A stretch of 39,853 bases of DNA, taken from contig JBBALS010000001.1 in NCBI GenBank assembly GCA_040402915.1, forward strand, positions 1 through 39,853, given 5' to 3'. This document shows, piece by piece, positions 1 through 9,706 of this stretch. A program made the translations under genes and the position numbers. Source of the stretch: Flavobacteriales bacterium. GTDB taxonomy: Bacteria; Bacteroidota; Bacteroidia; M30B66. Position 1 is the first letter of the stretch; the number at the start of each line of letters is the position of its first letter. Under the pieces are notes generated by a model that ran no database searches, was not told the origin of the DNA, and saw nothing but the letters and a program-made list of their open reading frames with translations.

Positions 1-140
1 TTGTGTTTCTCTTCCAATTTTAATTTACACCATTTTATTTTTTCTTGCTTTTAAATAATATTGAAAATGAAATTCAATTATTGAACATCAAGAATATTTC
101 AAAAAACAATTAAACCATGGACAGAATCTCAAAATAAGAA

Positions 141-464
141 CTACCTGTGATACCATGTATGAGTACCTCCAGTTTCACAACATTTACTTGCAGAAGGAGT
201 GGAACCTTTTAAATACACTTCGGCATCGCAATTCCTGCATGTATAATTATAATCACCCGCTTTACCACAAAATTGGTAGTTATGCATTCCTGCGCTGCTT
301 TGACGACAACCATTTTCCCAAGGAGCACTTGAGGCTTTTTTTGTTTTGCAACAATTGGTACACAAATACCAAATTTCTTCTTGTGGATCGGAATTAAATG
401 ATGGAATAGTAAATCCTGAGAATAGATATACTGGCAATAAAAGAATGAAAAGTCTTGTATTCAT
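141..464 (-). CDS. hypothetical small secreted cysteine-rich protein (107 aa from internal Met; ORF is open up to 506)
   Basis: MNTRLFILLLPVYLFSGF looks like a signal peptide or anchor. The mature part has 9 Cys, including two CxxC motifs (CTNC, CRNC) and a CC pair. I recognise no family. Confidence 0.45.
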   Translation of the reverse strand: MNTRLFILLLPVYLFSGFTIPSFNSDPQEEIWYLCTNCCKTKKASSAPWENGCRQSSAGMHNYQFCGKAGDYNYTCRNCDAEVYLKGSTPSASKCCETGGTHTWYHR

Positions 465-668
465 GTTTTTTCTTGCTAAATTAATAATTTGAAGCATCAC
501 AAACAAATAAAATAGAGCATGGTAAATTGTATGATTTGATTTATATTAGTGAATAAGTATATAAGAATTGAAATTTGGAATCCTGTTTTGATTTCATTTT
601 TTCAGATTAAATTCGTCAAATTAAAATTCTCAACTCAAAAAATTCATTTCTATAGATTTCAATAACTT

Positions 669-1448
669 ATGTCCACCATACTTTCCAAAATCGAAAATAA
701 CATTGGGTTCATCAACCTAAATCGTCCTGATGCATTTAACAGTTTTAACCGCGAGATGGCTTTGCTTTTACAACAAACGCTCGACGATTTCTCAACAAAT
801 ACAGGCGTTCGTGCCATTGTTATTACTGGAAACGGAAAAGCATTTTGTGCCGGACAAGACTTAAAAGAAGTAATAAGTCCTGAGTTAAATCCTGGCTTTC
901 GTGCTATTCTTGAAGAGCATTACAATCCAATCATAACACGAATTCGCACGATTGAAAAACCGATTTTAGCTGCTGTAAATGGTGTGGCTGCCGGAGCAGG
1001 AGCCAACATTGCACTTGCTTGCGATGTTGTTTTGGCTTCCGAAAATGCAAGTTTCATTCAAGCTTTCAGTAAAATTGGCTTGGTGCCCGACAGTGCTGGA
1101 ACATTCTTCCTTCCCCGATTAATTGGCTTCCAAAAAGCATCGGCACTCTGCATGCTGGGGGACAAAGTTTCAGCCCTCGATGCCGAAAAAATGGGCATGA
1201 TTTACAAGGCAATTCCAGCCGATGAATTTGAAACTGAAGTTCAGAAAACCGCTGAAACATTGGCTAATTTGCCCACATTGGCTTTGGGTTTAACCAAACG
1301 TTTATTGAACCAAAGCTTGAGCAACGATTTAACTTCTCAACTTCAAGCTGAAGGGAATTTACAAATTCAAGCAAGTGAAAGTCACGATTTCAAAGAAGGA
1401 GTTGCTGCTTTTGTTGAAAAAAGAAAGCCCGAATTCAAAGGTTTTTGA
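669..1448 (+). CDS. paaG: 2-(1,2-epoxy-1,2-dihydrophenyl)acetyl-CoA isomerase, crotonase family (PaaG)
   Basis: 259 aa. Crotonase motifs FCAGQDL and AAVNGVAAGAGANIALACD. Recalled E. coli PaaG is closely similar along the whole length (SFN..EM, YNP, FSK(I/L)GL(V/I)PD, EG..AF..KR.P.F.G). Sits in paa gene context. Confidence 0.85.
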   Translation: MSTILSKIENNIGFINLNRPDAFNSFNREMALLLQQTLDDFSTNTGVRAIVITGNGKAFCAGQDLKEVISPELNPGFRAILEEHYNPIITRIRTIEKPILAAVNGVAAGAGANIALACDVVLASENASFIQAFSKIGLVPDSAGTFFLPRLIGFQKASALCMLGDKVSALDAEKMGMIYKAIPADEFETEVQKTAETLANLPTLALGLTKRLLNQSLSNDLTSQLQAEGNLQIQASESHDFKEGVAAFVEKRKPEFKGF

Positions 1449-1504
1449 GCAGAATTATGTAGGTTTAACGCTTTAATTTTCCATTCAAGAATTAAAGAAT
1501 TTTC

Positions 1505-2668
1505 ATGAATAAAATAGCTGTAATTGGTGCCGGTACAATGGGCAGCGGAATTGCTCAAGTAGCCGCTACAGCAGGCTGTTTGGTGACGTTGTTCGACACA
1601 TTTCCAGATGCACTTTCTCGTAGTAAAAACAATCTCGATAAGACTTTACAAAAGCTCGAAGAGAAAGGGAAAATAACGCAGGATGAAGTAAATCGTATTG
1701 CTGGAAATATCAGCTATGCTAATACGTTGACCGATCTTGCTGATGCAGAACTCATCATTGAAGCCATCGTCGAGAACATCGATGTAAAACGAACATTGTT
1801 TTCGGATCTCGAAAAAATCGTTTCAAAATCCTGCATCCTCGCTTCCAATACAAGTTCTCTTTCCATTGCATCCATCGCGGCTTCTTGCCAAAATTCTAAT
1901 CGTGTAATTGGCATTCATTTCTTTAACCCTGCACCTATCATGCAATTGGTTGAAGTGATACCTGCTGTTCAAACAGATCCGGATATCTTACAAAAAACGG
2001 TCGATGCTATTGCCTCTTGGAAAAAAGTGGTTGCCATCGCCAAAGACACTCCAGGCTTTATTGTCAATCGTGTTGCGCGTCCTTTTTATAGCGAAGCCAT
2101 TCGTTTGTATGAAGAAGGAACTGCCGATTTTGCCACCATCGACTGGGCCATGAAAAGTATCGGTGGTTTCCGAATGGGTCCTTTCGAATTGATGGATTTT
2201 ATTGGAAACGACGTCAATTATGCAGTTACCGAATCGGTGTTTAGTGCATTTTATTTCGATCCGCGTTTTAAACCTTCGTTTACCCAAAAACGCCTCACCG
2301 AAGCGGGTTTCCTCGGACGTAAATCGGGACGTGGTTATTATGACTACAGTCAGGATGCCATTCAGCCAGCAGCAAATGAAAATGCTCAATTAGGACAACT
2401 CATTTTCGACCGAATTTTGGTGATGCTTATTAACGAAGCAGCCGATGCATTTTTCCTGAATATTGCTTCTGCAAAGGACATCGATTACGCCATGACAAAA
2501 GGAGTAAATTATCCGAAAGGACTATTGGCTTGGGCCGATGAAAAAGGCATTGACTGGTGTGTGAATCAACTCGATACGCTTTACAACGAATACCATGAGG
2601 ATCGCTACCGTTGCAGCCCCATTTTACGCCGCATGTTGCGCGAAGGAAAATCATTCTTTACCGCATGA
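1505..2668 (+). CDS. paaH: 3-hydroxyacyl-CoA (3-hydroxyadipyl-CoA) dehydrogenase, NAD-binding
   Basis: 387 aa. N-terminal Rossmann motif IAVIGAGTMGSGIAQV. 3HCDH family signatures (NTSSLSI, HFFNPAP.M.LVE, TPGFIVNR). Lies between paaG and paaI. Confidence 0.85.
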   Translation: MNKIAVIGAGTMGSGIAQVAATAGCLVTLFDTFPDALSRSKNNLDKTLQKLEEKGKITQDEVNRIAGNISYANTLTDLADAELIIEAIVENIDVKRTLFSDLEKIVSKSCILASNTSSLSIASIAASCQNSNRVIGIHFFNPAPIMQLVEVIPAVQTDPDILQKTVDAIASWKKVVAIAKDTPGFIVNRVARPFYSEAIRLYEEGTADFATIDWAMKSIGGFRMGPFELMDFIGNDVNYAVTESVFSAFYFDPRFKPSFTQKRLTEAGFLGRKSGRGYYDYSQDAIQPAANENAQLGQLIFDRILVMLINEAADAFFLNIASAKDIDYAMTKGVNYPKGLLAWADEKGIDWCVNQLDTLYNEYHEDRYRCSPILRRMLREGKSFFTA

Positions 2669-3078
2669 TGCAGCCCGATCAAATTGTAAAAACCATGTTC
2701 GATCAGGATGCATTTAGCCAATGGCTCGACATCCGCATCAATCATGTTGCCTTAGGAACGTGTTCATTATCGATGAAAATTCGCAAGGACATGTTAAATG
2801 GATTTGGCATTGCTCATGGAGGAATTACCTATTCCATTGCAGATAGCTGCTTGGCATTTGCGTCCAATTCCCACGGGCGACAATCTTTAAGCATTAATAC
2901 TTCTATCAATCACATAGAATCTCTTCGTGAAGGAGATGAGATTGTAGCAATTGCTACCGAAGAGTCTTTAAAGAACCGATTCGGCTTTTACCGTGTCGAG
3001 ATTCGTTGTAACGAAACACTCATTGCACTTTTCAAAGGAACCGTTTACAGAACCGAGAAAGAATGGAACGTTTCATAG
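2665..3078 (+). CDS. paaI: hotdog-fold acyl-CoA thioesterase (PaaI-type, hydroxyphenylacetyl-CoA thioesterase)
   Basis: The start is chosen at ATG 2665, which overlaps the paaH stop as ATGA. 137 aa with the 4HBT/PaaI motif GIAHGGITYSIADSCLAFA. The ORF-track start at 2611 would overlap paaH by 58 nt. Confidence 0.8.
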   Translation: MMQPDQIVKTMFDQDAFSQWLDIRINHVALGTCSLSMKIRKDMLNGFGIAHGGITYSIADSCLAFASNSHGRQSLSINTSINHIESLREGDEIVAIATEESLKNRFGFYRVEIRCNETLIALFKGTVYRTEKEWNVS

Positions 3079-3112
3079 AATTTATATCATTTATCAAAAG
3101 AAAATAACATAC

Positions 3113-4318
3113 ATGGAAGCATACATCATAGACGGAATTCGCACTGCCATTGGTAGTTACCAAGGGAGTTTAGCTGCCGTCAGAGCTGATGATCTTGGCG
3201 CATTGGTCATTAAAACTTTGGTTGAAAATAATCCTTCGGTTCCCGCCGATGCTTACGACGATGTTATTTTGGGATGTGCGAATCAGGCTGGCGACGATAA
3301 CCGAAATGTAGCTCGTATGTCGCTGCTATTGGCCGGTCTCCCCTATTCAGTTCCTGGCGAAACGGTGAATCGACTCTGCAGTTCTGGTCTTGCAGCCATC
3401 ATCAACGCGAGCAGAGCAATTAAATCGGGCGATGGTCATCTATTTATTGCAGGCGGTGTTGAAAACATGACGCGTGGTCCGATGGTCATTTCCAAACCAT
3501 CAGCGGCTTATGGCACCGATGCTAAAATGTACGATTCGAGTTTTGGCTGGCGATTTATCAATCCCAAAATGCAGTCAACGTATGGTGTAGATGCCATGGG
3601 TGAAACAGCTGAAAACTTGGTAGATATGTATAAAATTTCGCGCGAAGATCAAGATACATTTGCGTTAAATAGTCAGCAGAAGGCCGCTCGTGCACAAGCT
3701 TCTGGCCGATTGGCAAAAGAGATTGTTTCAGTGTTAATTCCACAGCGTAAAGGTGATCCAATTGCTTTTGATAAAGACGAATTTGTAAAACCTTCAACAT
3801 CCATGGAGGGACTTTCCAAACTTCGTCCCGCTTTTCGCAAAGAAGGTGGAACGGTGACGGCAGGAAATGCCTCCGGATTAAACGATGGTGCAGCAGCAAC
3901 GCTTATTGCATCTGATGAAGCCGTAAAGAAATATGGTTTAAAACCACTTGCTCGTATCGTAAGTTCGGCCGTTGTGGGTGTAGAACCGCGCATTATGGGC
4001 ATTGGTCCTGTTGAAGCCAGCAATCGTGCATTAGAGAAAGCTGGATTGCGCATGGAAGACATCGATATTATTGAATTGAACGAGGCATTTGCATCTCAAA
4101 GTTTGGCCTGCATTCGTGCTTGGGGCTTGAGCGACAATGATCCTCGAATCAATCCGAATGGGGGAAGTATCGCGATCGGCCATCCACTGGGTGTTACAGG
4201 TGCACGTATCGCCTATTCTGCCGCACTCGAATTGCAAATTACCGGAAAAAGATATGCCCTAATTACCATGTGCATTGGTGTGGGACAAGGCTATGCAGCA
4301 ATCATTGAAAGAGTTTAA
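3113..4318 (+). CDS. paaJ: 3-oxoadipyl-CoA / 3-oxo-5,6-dehydrosuberyl-CoA thiolase
   Basis: 401 aa from MEAYIIDGIRTAIG. Thiolase signatures NRLCSSGL (nucleophile Cys), GNASGLNDGAAA, NPNGGSIAIGHPLG and CIGVGQG. The ORF-track start at 2993 overlaps paaI and adds non-thiolase sequence. Confidence 0.88.
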   Translation: MEAYIIDGIRTAIGSYQGSLAAVRADDLGALVIKTLVENNPSVPADAYDDVILGCANQAGDDNRNVARMSLLLAGLPYSVPGETVNRLCSSGLAAIINASRAIKSGDGHLFIAGGVENMTRGPMVISKPSAAYGTDAKMYDSSFGWRFINPKMQSTYGVDAMGETAENLVDMYKISREDQDTFALNSQQKAARAQASGRLAKEIVSVLIPQRKGDPIAFDKDEFVKPSTSMEGLSKLRPAFRKEGGTVTAGNASGLNDGAAATLIASDEAVKKYGLKPLARIVSSAVVGVEPRIMGIGPVEASNRALEKAGLRMEDIDIIELNEAFASQSLACIRAWGLSDNDPRINPNGGSIAIGHPLGVTGARIAYSAALELQITGKRYALITMCIGVGQGYAAIIERV

Positions 4319-4338
4319 TTTACAAGGAATTTTATAGT

Positions 4339-6834
4339 ATGAGTAAGCTTCAAAATTACGTAAACGGTCATTGGGTTGATGGACAAGGCGAAGGTGTGCC
4401 TTTGTTCGATTCCGTTACCGGAGAAATTATTTGTCACGCATCTGCCGAAGGCTTAAATTTTGGCGAGATCATGCATTATGGAAGAACAAAAGGTGGAGAG
4501 AAACTTCGTCGAATGACCTTCCAGGAACGTGGCAATATGATTAAAAAACTCGCGCTTTACCTGAGCAAACGCAAAGAGCCGTTTTATGAGTTAAGCTTCA
4601 GATCCGGTGCTACGCGCGTAGATAGCTGGATTGATATTGAAGGTGGTTTTGGAAATCTTTTCGCTAATGCTTCTTTACGGAAATTATTTCCCAACCAGTC
4701 ATACCACGTTGAAGGTGACCCCATCGATCTCTCGCGTGGCGGTCGTTTCATGGCGCACCATATTCTCGTTCCTAAATTAGGTGTTGCTGTTCACATCAAT
4801 GCATTCAATTTCCCAATTTGGGGAATGCTCGAAAAATGTGCTGTCAATTGGATGGCGGGTGTTCCGGCTATCGTTAAACCAGCAACTTCAACATGTTATT
4901 TAACAGAAGCTGTAGTTCGCGAAATCATCGCATCCAACATTTTACCTGAAGGCGCTTTACAACTCATTTGCGGCTCTGCTGGCGATATGCTCAATCACCT
5001 CAACGATCAAGATGTGGTGACGTTTACTGGCTCTGCATCAACCGGACAAAAACTCAAAGCACATTCAAAAGTAATCAGTGAATCGGTGCCGTTTAATATG
5101 GAAGCGGATTCTCTCAACTGCTCTGTCTTAGGTGAAGATGCTGTCCCCGGAACGCCTGAATTCGATTTATTTATCAGTCAAGCGAGATCTGAAATTACTG
5201 TTAAAGCAGGTCAAAAATGTACAGCTATCCGCCGTCTTATTGTTCCAGAAAAACTGATGGATGATGTGCAAATTGCGTTGGGCAAAGCCCTCGATAAAGT
5301 GAGCATTGGCGATCCTCGATTGAAAGAAGTTCGCATGGGTTCGCTCGTTAGCAAAGACCAAGTGCGTGAAGTAAAAGAACGCGTTGCTGAAATTGCTCAA
5401 ACTGCAAACATCGTTTATGGAAATGTGGATCAACTTTCTTTAATCGGCGCCGACAGTGAAAAAGGAGCATTCATAGCGCCCATTCTATTGCGTGAGGATA
5501 AGCCTTTCGTAAATATACGCGTTCACGAAACAGAGGCATTTGGACCGGTTTCTACCATAATGCCATACAAAAATATGGATGAAGCCGTTGACCTTGCTCG
5601 TTTAGGTAAAGGTTCGCTTGTTTCGTCAATTGTAACAAATAACGATGTATTGGCGAAAGAATATGTGATTCAATCGGCAACACACCACGGACGAATCCTT
5701 GTTCTTAACCGCGAAAATGCCAAGCAAAGTACAGGACACGGTTCTCCGCTCCCACTCTTGGTTCATGGTGGACCTGGTCGCGCTGGTGGTGGCGAAGAAA
5801 TGGGCGGAATTCGAGGCATCAAACACTATATGCAACGATGCGCCATTCAGGGAAGTCCAAGCACACTGACCGAAATTACTGGCATTTATCAGCCAAATGC
5901 GAAATACAAAGAAGCTCCCGATCATCCGTTCAAATACCATTGGGATGATATCCAACCTGGTATGTCTCTAAAAACGCATAAGCGCACCGTTACCGATACC
6001 GACATCATCAGTTTTGCAAACGTAAGTTGGGATCATTTCTATGCGCACACGGATATTACTTCTTTGAAAGGCAGCATTTTCGAGAAACGTACTGCACATG
6101 GATATTTCATTTTATCTGCTGCAGCTGGATTGTTTGTATGGCCTAACAAAGGTCCCGTTGCAGCCAATTACGGATTGGAAGAATGTCGCTTTGTGCGTCC
6201 TATTTATCATAACGATACCATTTACGTTCGTTTGACGTGCAAGCAAAAAATCGAACGCGACAGTGTTGGAAAGGAAATTCCATGCGGGATTGTGAAATGG
6301 TTCGTGGAAGTTTTCGATCAGAATGATGAGCTTGTTGCTATTGCTACTATTCTGACGATGGTGCAAAAGAAGTCGCCATTTGTGGAGATTAACAGAAGCA
6401 ATATTGCAGGATACTTAACCAAATTAACCGAACAATCGAAAGCGTCTTGGGGAATCCTAACACCTCAACATTTGATGGAACACATTGAAAAAGGTTTCCA
6501 CATTGCATCGGGAGAAATTCAGAATTTTGAAATTGATACGCCAGCCGAACATTTAGCCAAAGTGCAAGAGATGGTGTATAATTACAAACCCATGCCGAAA
6601 GGATTCAAACATCCATTGATGGAAAAAGAATCGCTCGATCAACTCATCCATCCCGATCTGGCAACTGCTAAAAATAAAATGCTTGAAGCATGGGACGCAT
6701 ATGAAGCCTATTTCAAAGCCAATCCAGATTCAGAAACTAAAAATGCCGTATTTGGACATTTAGATAAATTTGGTTGGGATCTATTGAACACCAAGCATTT
6801 CAACCATCATTTTGAACAGTTTGGGATTTTGTAA
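4339..6834 (+). CDS. paaZ: bifunctional PaaZ (aldehyde dehydrogenase + MaoC-type hotdog oxepin-CoA hydrolase) with an extra C-terminal domain
   Basis: 831 aa. N-terminal ALDH fold ([34 protein letters not shown]). The MaoC dehydratase-like region includes [23 protein letters not shown]. An unrelated tail of about 147 aa follows. Sits in paa context. Confidence 0.85.
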   Translation: MSKLQNYVNGHWVDGQGEGVPLFDSVTGEIICHASAEGLNFGEIMHYGRTKGGEKLRRMTFQERGNMIKKLALYLSKRKEPFYELSFRSGATRVDSWIDIEGGFGNLFANASLRKLFPNQSYHVEGDPIDLSRGGRFMAHHILVPKLGVAVHINAFNFPIWGMLEKCAVNWMAGVPAIVKPATSTCYLTEAVVREIIASNILPEGALQLICGSAGDMLNHLNDQDVVTFTGSASTGQKLKAHSKVISESVPFNMEADSLNCSVLGEDAVPGTPEFDLFISQARSEITVKAGQKCTAIRRLIVPEKLMDDVQIALGKALDKVSIGDPRLKEVRMGSLVSKDQVREVKERVAEIAQTANIVYGNVDQLSLIGADSEKGAFIAPILLREDKPFVNIRVHETEAFGPVSTIMPYKNMDEAVDLARLGKGSLVSSIVTNNDVLAKEYVIQSATHHGRILVLNRENAKQSTGHGSPLPLLVHGGPGRAGGGEEMGGIRGIKHYMQRCAIQGSPSTLTEITGIYQPNAKYKEAPDHPFKYHWDDIQPGMSLKTHKRTVTDTDIISFANVSWDHFYAHTDITSLKGSIFEKRTAHGYFILSAAAGLFVWPNKGPVAANYGLEECRFVRPIYHNDTIYVRLTCKQKIERDSVGKEIPCGIVKWFVEVFDQNDELVAIATILTMVQKKSPFVEINRSNIAGYLTKLTEQSKASWGILTPQHLMEHIEKGFHIASGEIQNFEIDTPAEHLAKVQEMVYNYKPMPKGFKHPLMEKESLDQLIHPDLATAKNKMLEAWDAYEAYFKANPDSETKNAVFGHLDKFGWDLLNTKHFNHHFEQFGIL
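6391..6831 (+). other. C-terminal DinB/DUF1569-like domain fused to PaaZ (aa 685-831)
   Basis: The tail ends [29 protein letters not shown]. This matches the recalled DUF1569/DinB-like C-terminal signature (FG.L...W.....KH..HH..QFG). An earlier H-containing helix ([10 protein letters not shown]) is also present. Confidence 0.55.
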
Positions 6835-7069
6835 TTCAAAATTGGGGTAGAAAGAAAAATATGCAATCGTTGATACTGTTATACCAAACAACAGATGCGG
6901 CTATAACCACTGAAACACTTGCTGTTAACAAACACTTAACTAACAATTATAAATCTAAGGAAATATCAAAAACATCAACTATTTCCATTTTGGAAACAGT
7001 TCAAAAAGAAGGATAAAGAGACATTGTGAAACTGAGCGATTTTGATAAAGTAATAAACAAGATAAACTA

Positions 7070-7819
7070 ATGGAAGGATTTGTAAATCATACTATTGAAA
7101 ATAAAATTGCCACCATTGAATTTTATCATCCCGATCAAAATTCATTGCCAGGAACTATCCTTTCGCAGCTTGCAGAGAGCATTACCATGGTTGGAAAAAT
7201 GGATGATGTATGTGTAATCATTTTAAAAAGCGGGGGCGACAGAACCTTTTGTGCTGGTGCTAGTTTCAAAGAACTCATTACCATCAATGATGCGGAAACA
7301 GGTAAGATATTCTTTTCAGGATTTGCGAATGTTATCAATGCGATGCGAACATGTCCAAAGTTTATTCTTGGTCGCATTCAAGGAAAAACGGTAGGCGGTG
7401 GTGTTGGTTTAGCAGCCTCAACCGATTACTGCTTTGCTACAAAATTCGCATCCGTGAAATTAAGCGAACTCAATGTCGGAATTGGTCCTTTTGTGGTTAG
7501 TCCAGCCATTGAACGAAAAATGGGGGTTTCGGCCATGTCGCAAATTGCCATCGATGCCAATACGTTTTACGATGCTCATTGGGCCATGCAGAAAGGCTTG
7601 TATGCGCAAGTTTTTGAGAGCATCGAACTTATGGATGAAGCAATTGATACTTTTGCGAAACATCTTTGCAGCTATAATCCCGAAGCAATGTTGGAAATGA
7701 AAAAAGTATTTTGGCGCGGAACCGATGATTGGGATACTTTGTTAGCCGAACGTGCTGCCATTAGCGGTCGCTTGGTACTTTCCGATTTCACCAAAGAAAC
7801 GCTTAAAAAATTCCAATAA
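7070..7819 (+). CDS. enoyl-CoA hydratase/isomerase family protein (divergent crotonase; possible PaaF role)
   Basis: 249 aa. Crotonase oxyanion-hole region FCAGASF, G-rich loop GKTVGGGVGLAAS and SELNVGIGP carrying a candidate catalytic Glu. It is more diverged than paaG, so the substrate is not assigned. Confidence 0.75.
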   Translation: MEGFVNHTIENKIATIEFYHPDQNSLPGTILSQLAESITMVGKMDDVCVIILKSGGDRTFCAGASFKELITINDAETGKIFFSGFANVINAMRTCPKFILGRIQGKTVGGGVGLAASTDYCFATKFASVKLSELNVGIGPFVVSPAIERKMGVSAMSQIAIDANTFYDAHWAMQKGLYAQVFESIELMDEAIDTFAKHLCSYNPEAMLEMKKVFWRGTDDWDTLLAERAAISGRLVLSDFTKETLKKFQ

Positions 7820-7827
7820 ACCTCAAC

Positions 7828-8424
7828 ATGGTATACGAATTCAAGGGTTTTATTCCGGTAATCCACGAAAGCAGTTTCATTCATCCACAAGCTGCTATTA
7901 CAGGTAATGTCATAATTGGCAGAGACGTGTATGTGGGACCTGGTGCGGCAATTCGTGGCGATTGGGGAGGAATAATCATTGAAGATGGATGTAATATTCA
8001 AGAAAACTGTACCATTCACATGTTTCCCGGCAAAGACATCACCTTGAAAAAAGGAGCACATATTGGTCACGGAGCCATCATTCACGGAGCCAATATCGGT
8101 GCTAATTGCCTTGTTGGAATGAACGCCGTTATTATGGACGATGTGGAATTGGGCGATGAATGTATTGTGGGAGCACTCGCATTTGTGAAAGCCGAAACGA
8201 AGGTGCCCGCTCGTAAATTATTGGTTGGAAATCCCGCACAAATTATCAAGGATGTTACTCAAGAAATGATTGACTGGAAAACAAAAGGAACCTCTTTGTA
8301 TCAACAACTACCAAAAGAGTGTTTTGAGACATTGAAAGCGGTTGAACCCTTGCGAGAAATCCCGGCTAATCGTCCATCACAGGAAGCATTTTATCAAACG
8401 ATTTCAGAATTCAGGAAAAAATAA
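7828..8424 (+). CDS. paaY: PaaY, hexapeptide-repeat (gamma-carbonic-anhydrase-like) thioesterase/regulator of phenylacetate catabolism
   Basis: 198 aa. Left-handed beta-helix hexapeptide repeats. Recalled E. coli PaaY is colinear with it (F(I/V)HP.A...G.VI.G..VYVGP.A..RGD.G.I...DG.NIQ(E/D)NC..H.FP, HIGH.AI.HG, VGMNAV.MD, AFVKA, W.K.GT..YQ.L). Confidence 0.85.
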   Translation: MVYEFKGFIPVIHESSFIHPQAAITGNVIIGRDVYVGPGAAIRGDWGGIIIEDGCNIQENCTIHMFPGKDITLKKGAHIGHGAIIHGANIGANCLVGMNAVIMDDVELGDECIVGALAFVKAETKVPARKLLVGNPAQIIKDVTQEMIDWKTKGTSLYQQLPKECFETLKAVEPLREIPANRPSQEAFYQTISEFRKK

Positions 8425-8428
8425 AACG

Positions 8429-9688
8429 ATGCCAATTGTAGAATTCAAATTACCCAAAATGGGAGAAAGTATCTCCGAAGCCACTATTCTCACTTGGAAT
8501 AAAGGGGTTGGAGATTCCATTGCTGCTGAAGAAATTTTGCTCGAAGTTGGAACCGACAAGGTGGATAATGAAGTACCCGTTCCTTATGCAGGTGTCATCA
8601 CCGAAATTCGTTTCTCAAAAGGCGATGTTGTATTGGTTGGTGCTGTTTTGGCCTTGATTGATGTGGGCAATGAAGCTGTTCTGCCTATTTCCAATAACAC
8701 AGAAAAAGTCGTTGAAGTCGTTTCGGAATCTAAAACTCCTGTTAGCTTAGGAAAAGTATACGAACTTGGATTTCTCTCGCCCTTGCTCCGAAACATTGTG
8801 CTCAAGGAGAATATTTCCATCGAGGAATTGCAAAGTATTCAAGGTTCTGGGATTGATGGACGCATTCAAAAAAGCGACATTTTTCATTACTTGAAAAACC
8901 GAATTACACCTTTACGAAAAGGCATTGCTTCTCAAACTGCTTCTTCTTATCCGAAACCAGTTATCAGCTTCATCGAAGGCAAAGACCACATCGTGGAAAT
9001 GGATCGGATGCGCAAAATGATTGCCGATCACATGGTGTATTCGAAACAGACTTCGCCACACGTTACTGCATACATCGAAATTGATGTCACCAACCTCAGC
9101 GATTGGCGATTGAGAATGAAGGATGAATTCCAACAAAAATATGGCGAACGCTTAACCTTTACTCCGCTTTTTGTGGATGCTGTTTCGCTTGCCATTGGGG
9201 ATTTTCCACTCATCAATGCTTCCATCGACGACAACAAAATCATCGTACATAAAGACATCAACATCGGAATGGCAACTGCTTTACCAAGCGGGAATTTGAT
9301 TGTTCCGGTGGTGAAAGATGCTTCTGGGAAATCCTTGCAATCTTTAGCCAAAAGCGTGAATGCTCTTGCCGAATCCGCTCGAACAAATAAACTACGTCCC
9401 GACGATGTTCAAGGAAGCACATTCACTATTTCGAATGTAGGCACCTTTGGAAGTTTGATGGGCACTCCAATCATTAACCAACCAGAAGTCGCTATTCTTG
9501 CATTTGGCGTCATTAAACGTCGAGCGGAAGTGATCAATACGGAACTCGGCGAAGAAATTGCCATTCGAAGTATGATGTTCCTTTCGCTATCATTCGACCA
9601 TCGTGCGGTGGATGGTTATTTAGGAGGTTCGTTCTTAAGAAAAGTAGGCGATTACCTGGAACAGTTCGATATCAACACACCCATTTAA
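8429..9688 (+). CDS. dihydrolipoamide acyltransferase (E2 component of a 2-oxoacid dehydrogenase complex)
   Basis: 419 aa from MPIVEFKLPKMGESI. Lipoyl domain with the GTDKV lipoyl-Lys. Peripheral subunit-binding domain (SPLLRNI..E..I....I.GSG..GRI.K.D). Catalytic domain with SFDHRAVDG. No E1 or E3 gene is adjacent. Confidence 0.88.
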   Translation: MPIVEFKLPKMGESISEATILTWNKGVGDSIAAEEILLEVGTDKVDNEVPVPYAGVITEIRFSKGDVVLVGAVLALIDVGNEAVLPISNNTEKVVEVVSESKTPVSLGKVYELGFLSPLLRNIVLKENISIEELQSIQGSGIDGRIQKSDIFHYLKNRITPLRKGIASQTASSYPKPVISFIEGKDHIVEMDRMRKMIADHMVYSKQTSPHVTAYIEIDVTNLSDWRLRMKDEFQQKYGERLTFTPLFVDAVSLAIGDFPLINASIDDNKIIVHKDINIGMATALPSGNLIVPVVKDASGKSLQSLAKSVNALAESARTNKLRPDDVQGSTFTISNVGTFGSLMGTPIINQPEVAILAFGVIKRRAEVINTELGEEIAIRSMMFLSLSFDHRAVDGYLGGSFLRKVGDYLEQFDINTPI

Positions 9689-9706
9689 ATTTTCAAATAA
9701 AACTCT

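Noticed and set aside
2993-3112. Longer N-termini offered by the ORF track for paaJ (2993), paaI (2611), E2 (8342), rseP (17860), MFS (32723), GT2 (35692) and SGNH (11562)
   Set aside because: The extensions overlap the preceding gene or the SRP RNA and add sequence foreign to the family. Internal ATGs give canonical family N-termini, several with ATGA stop/start coupling.
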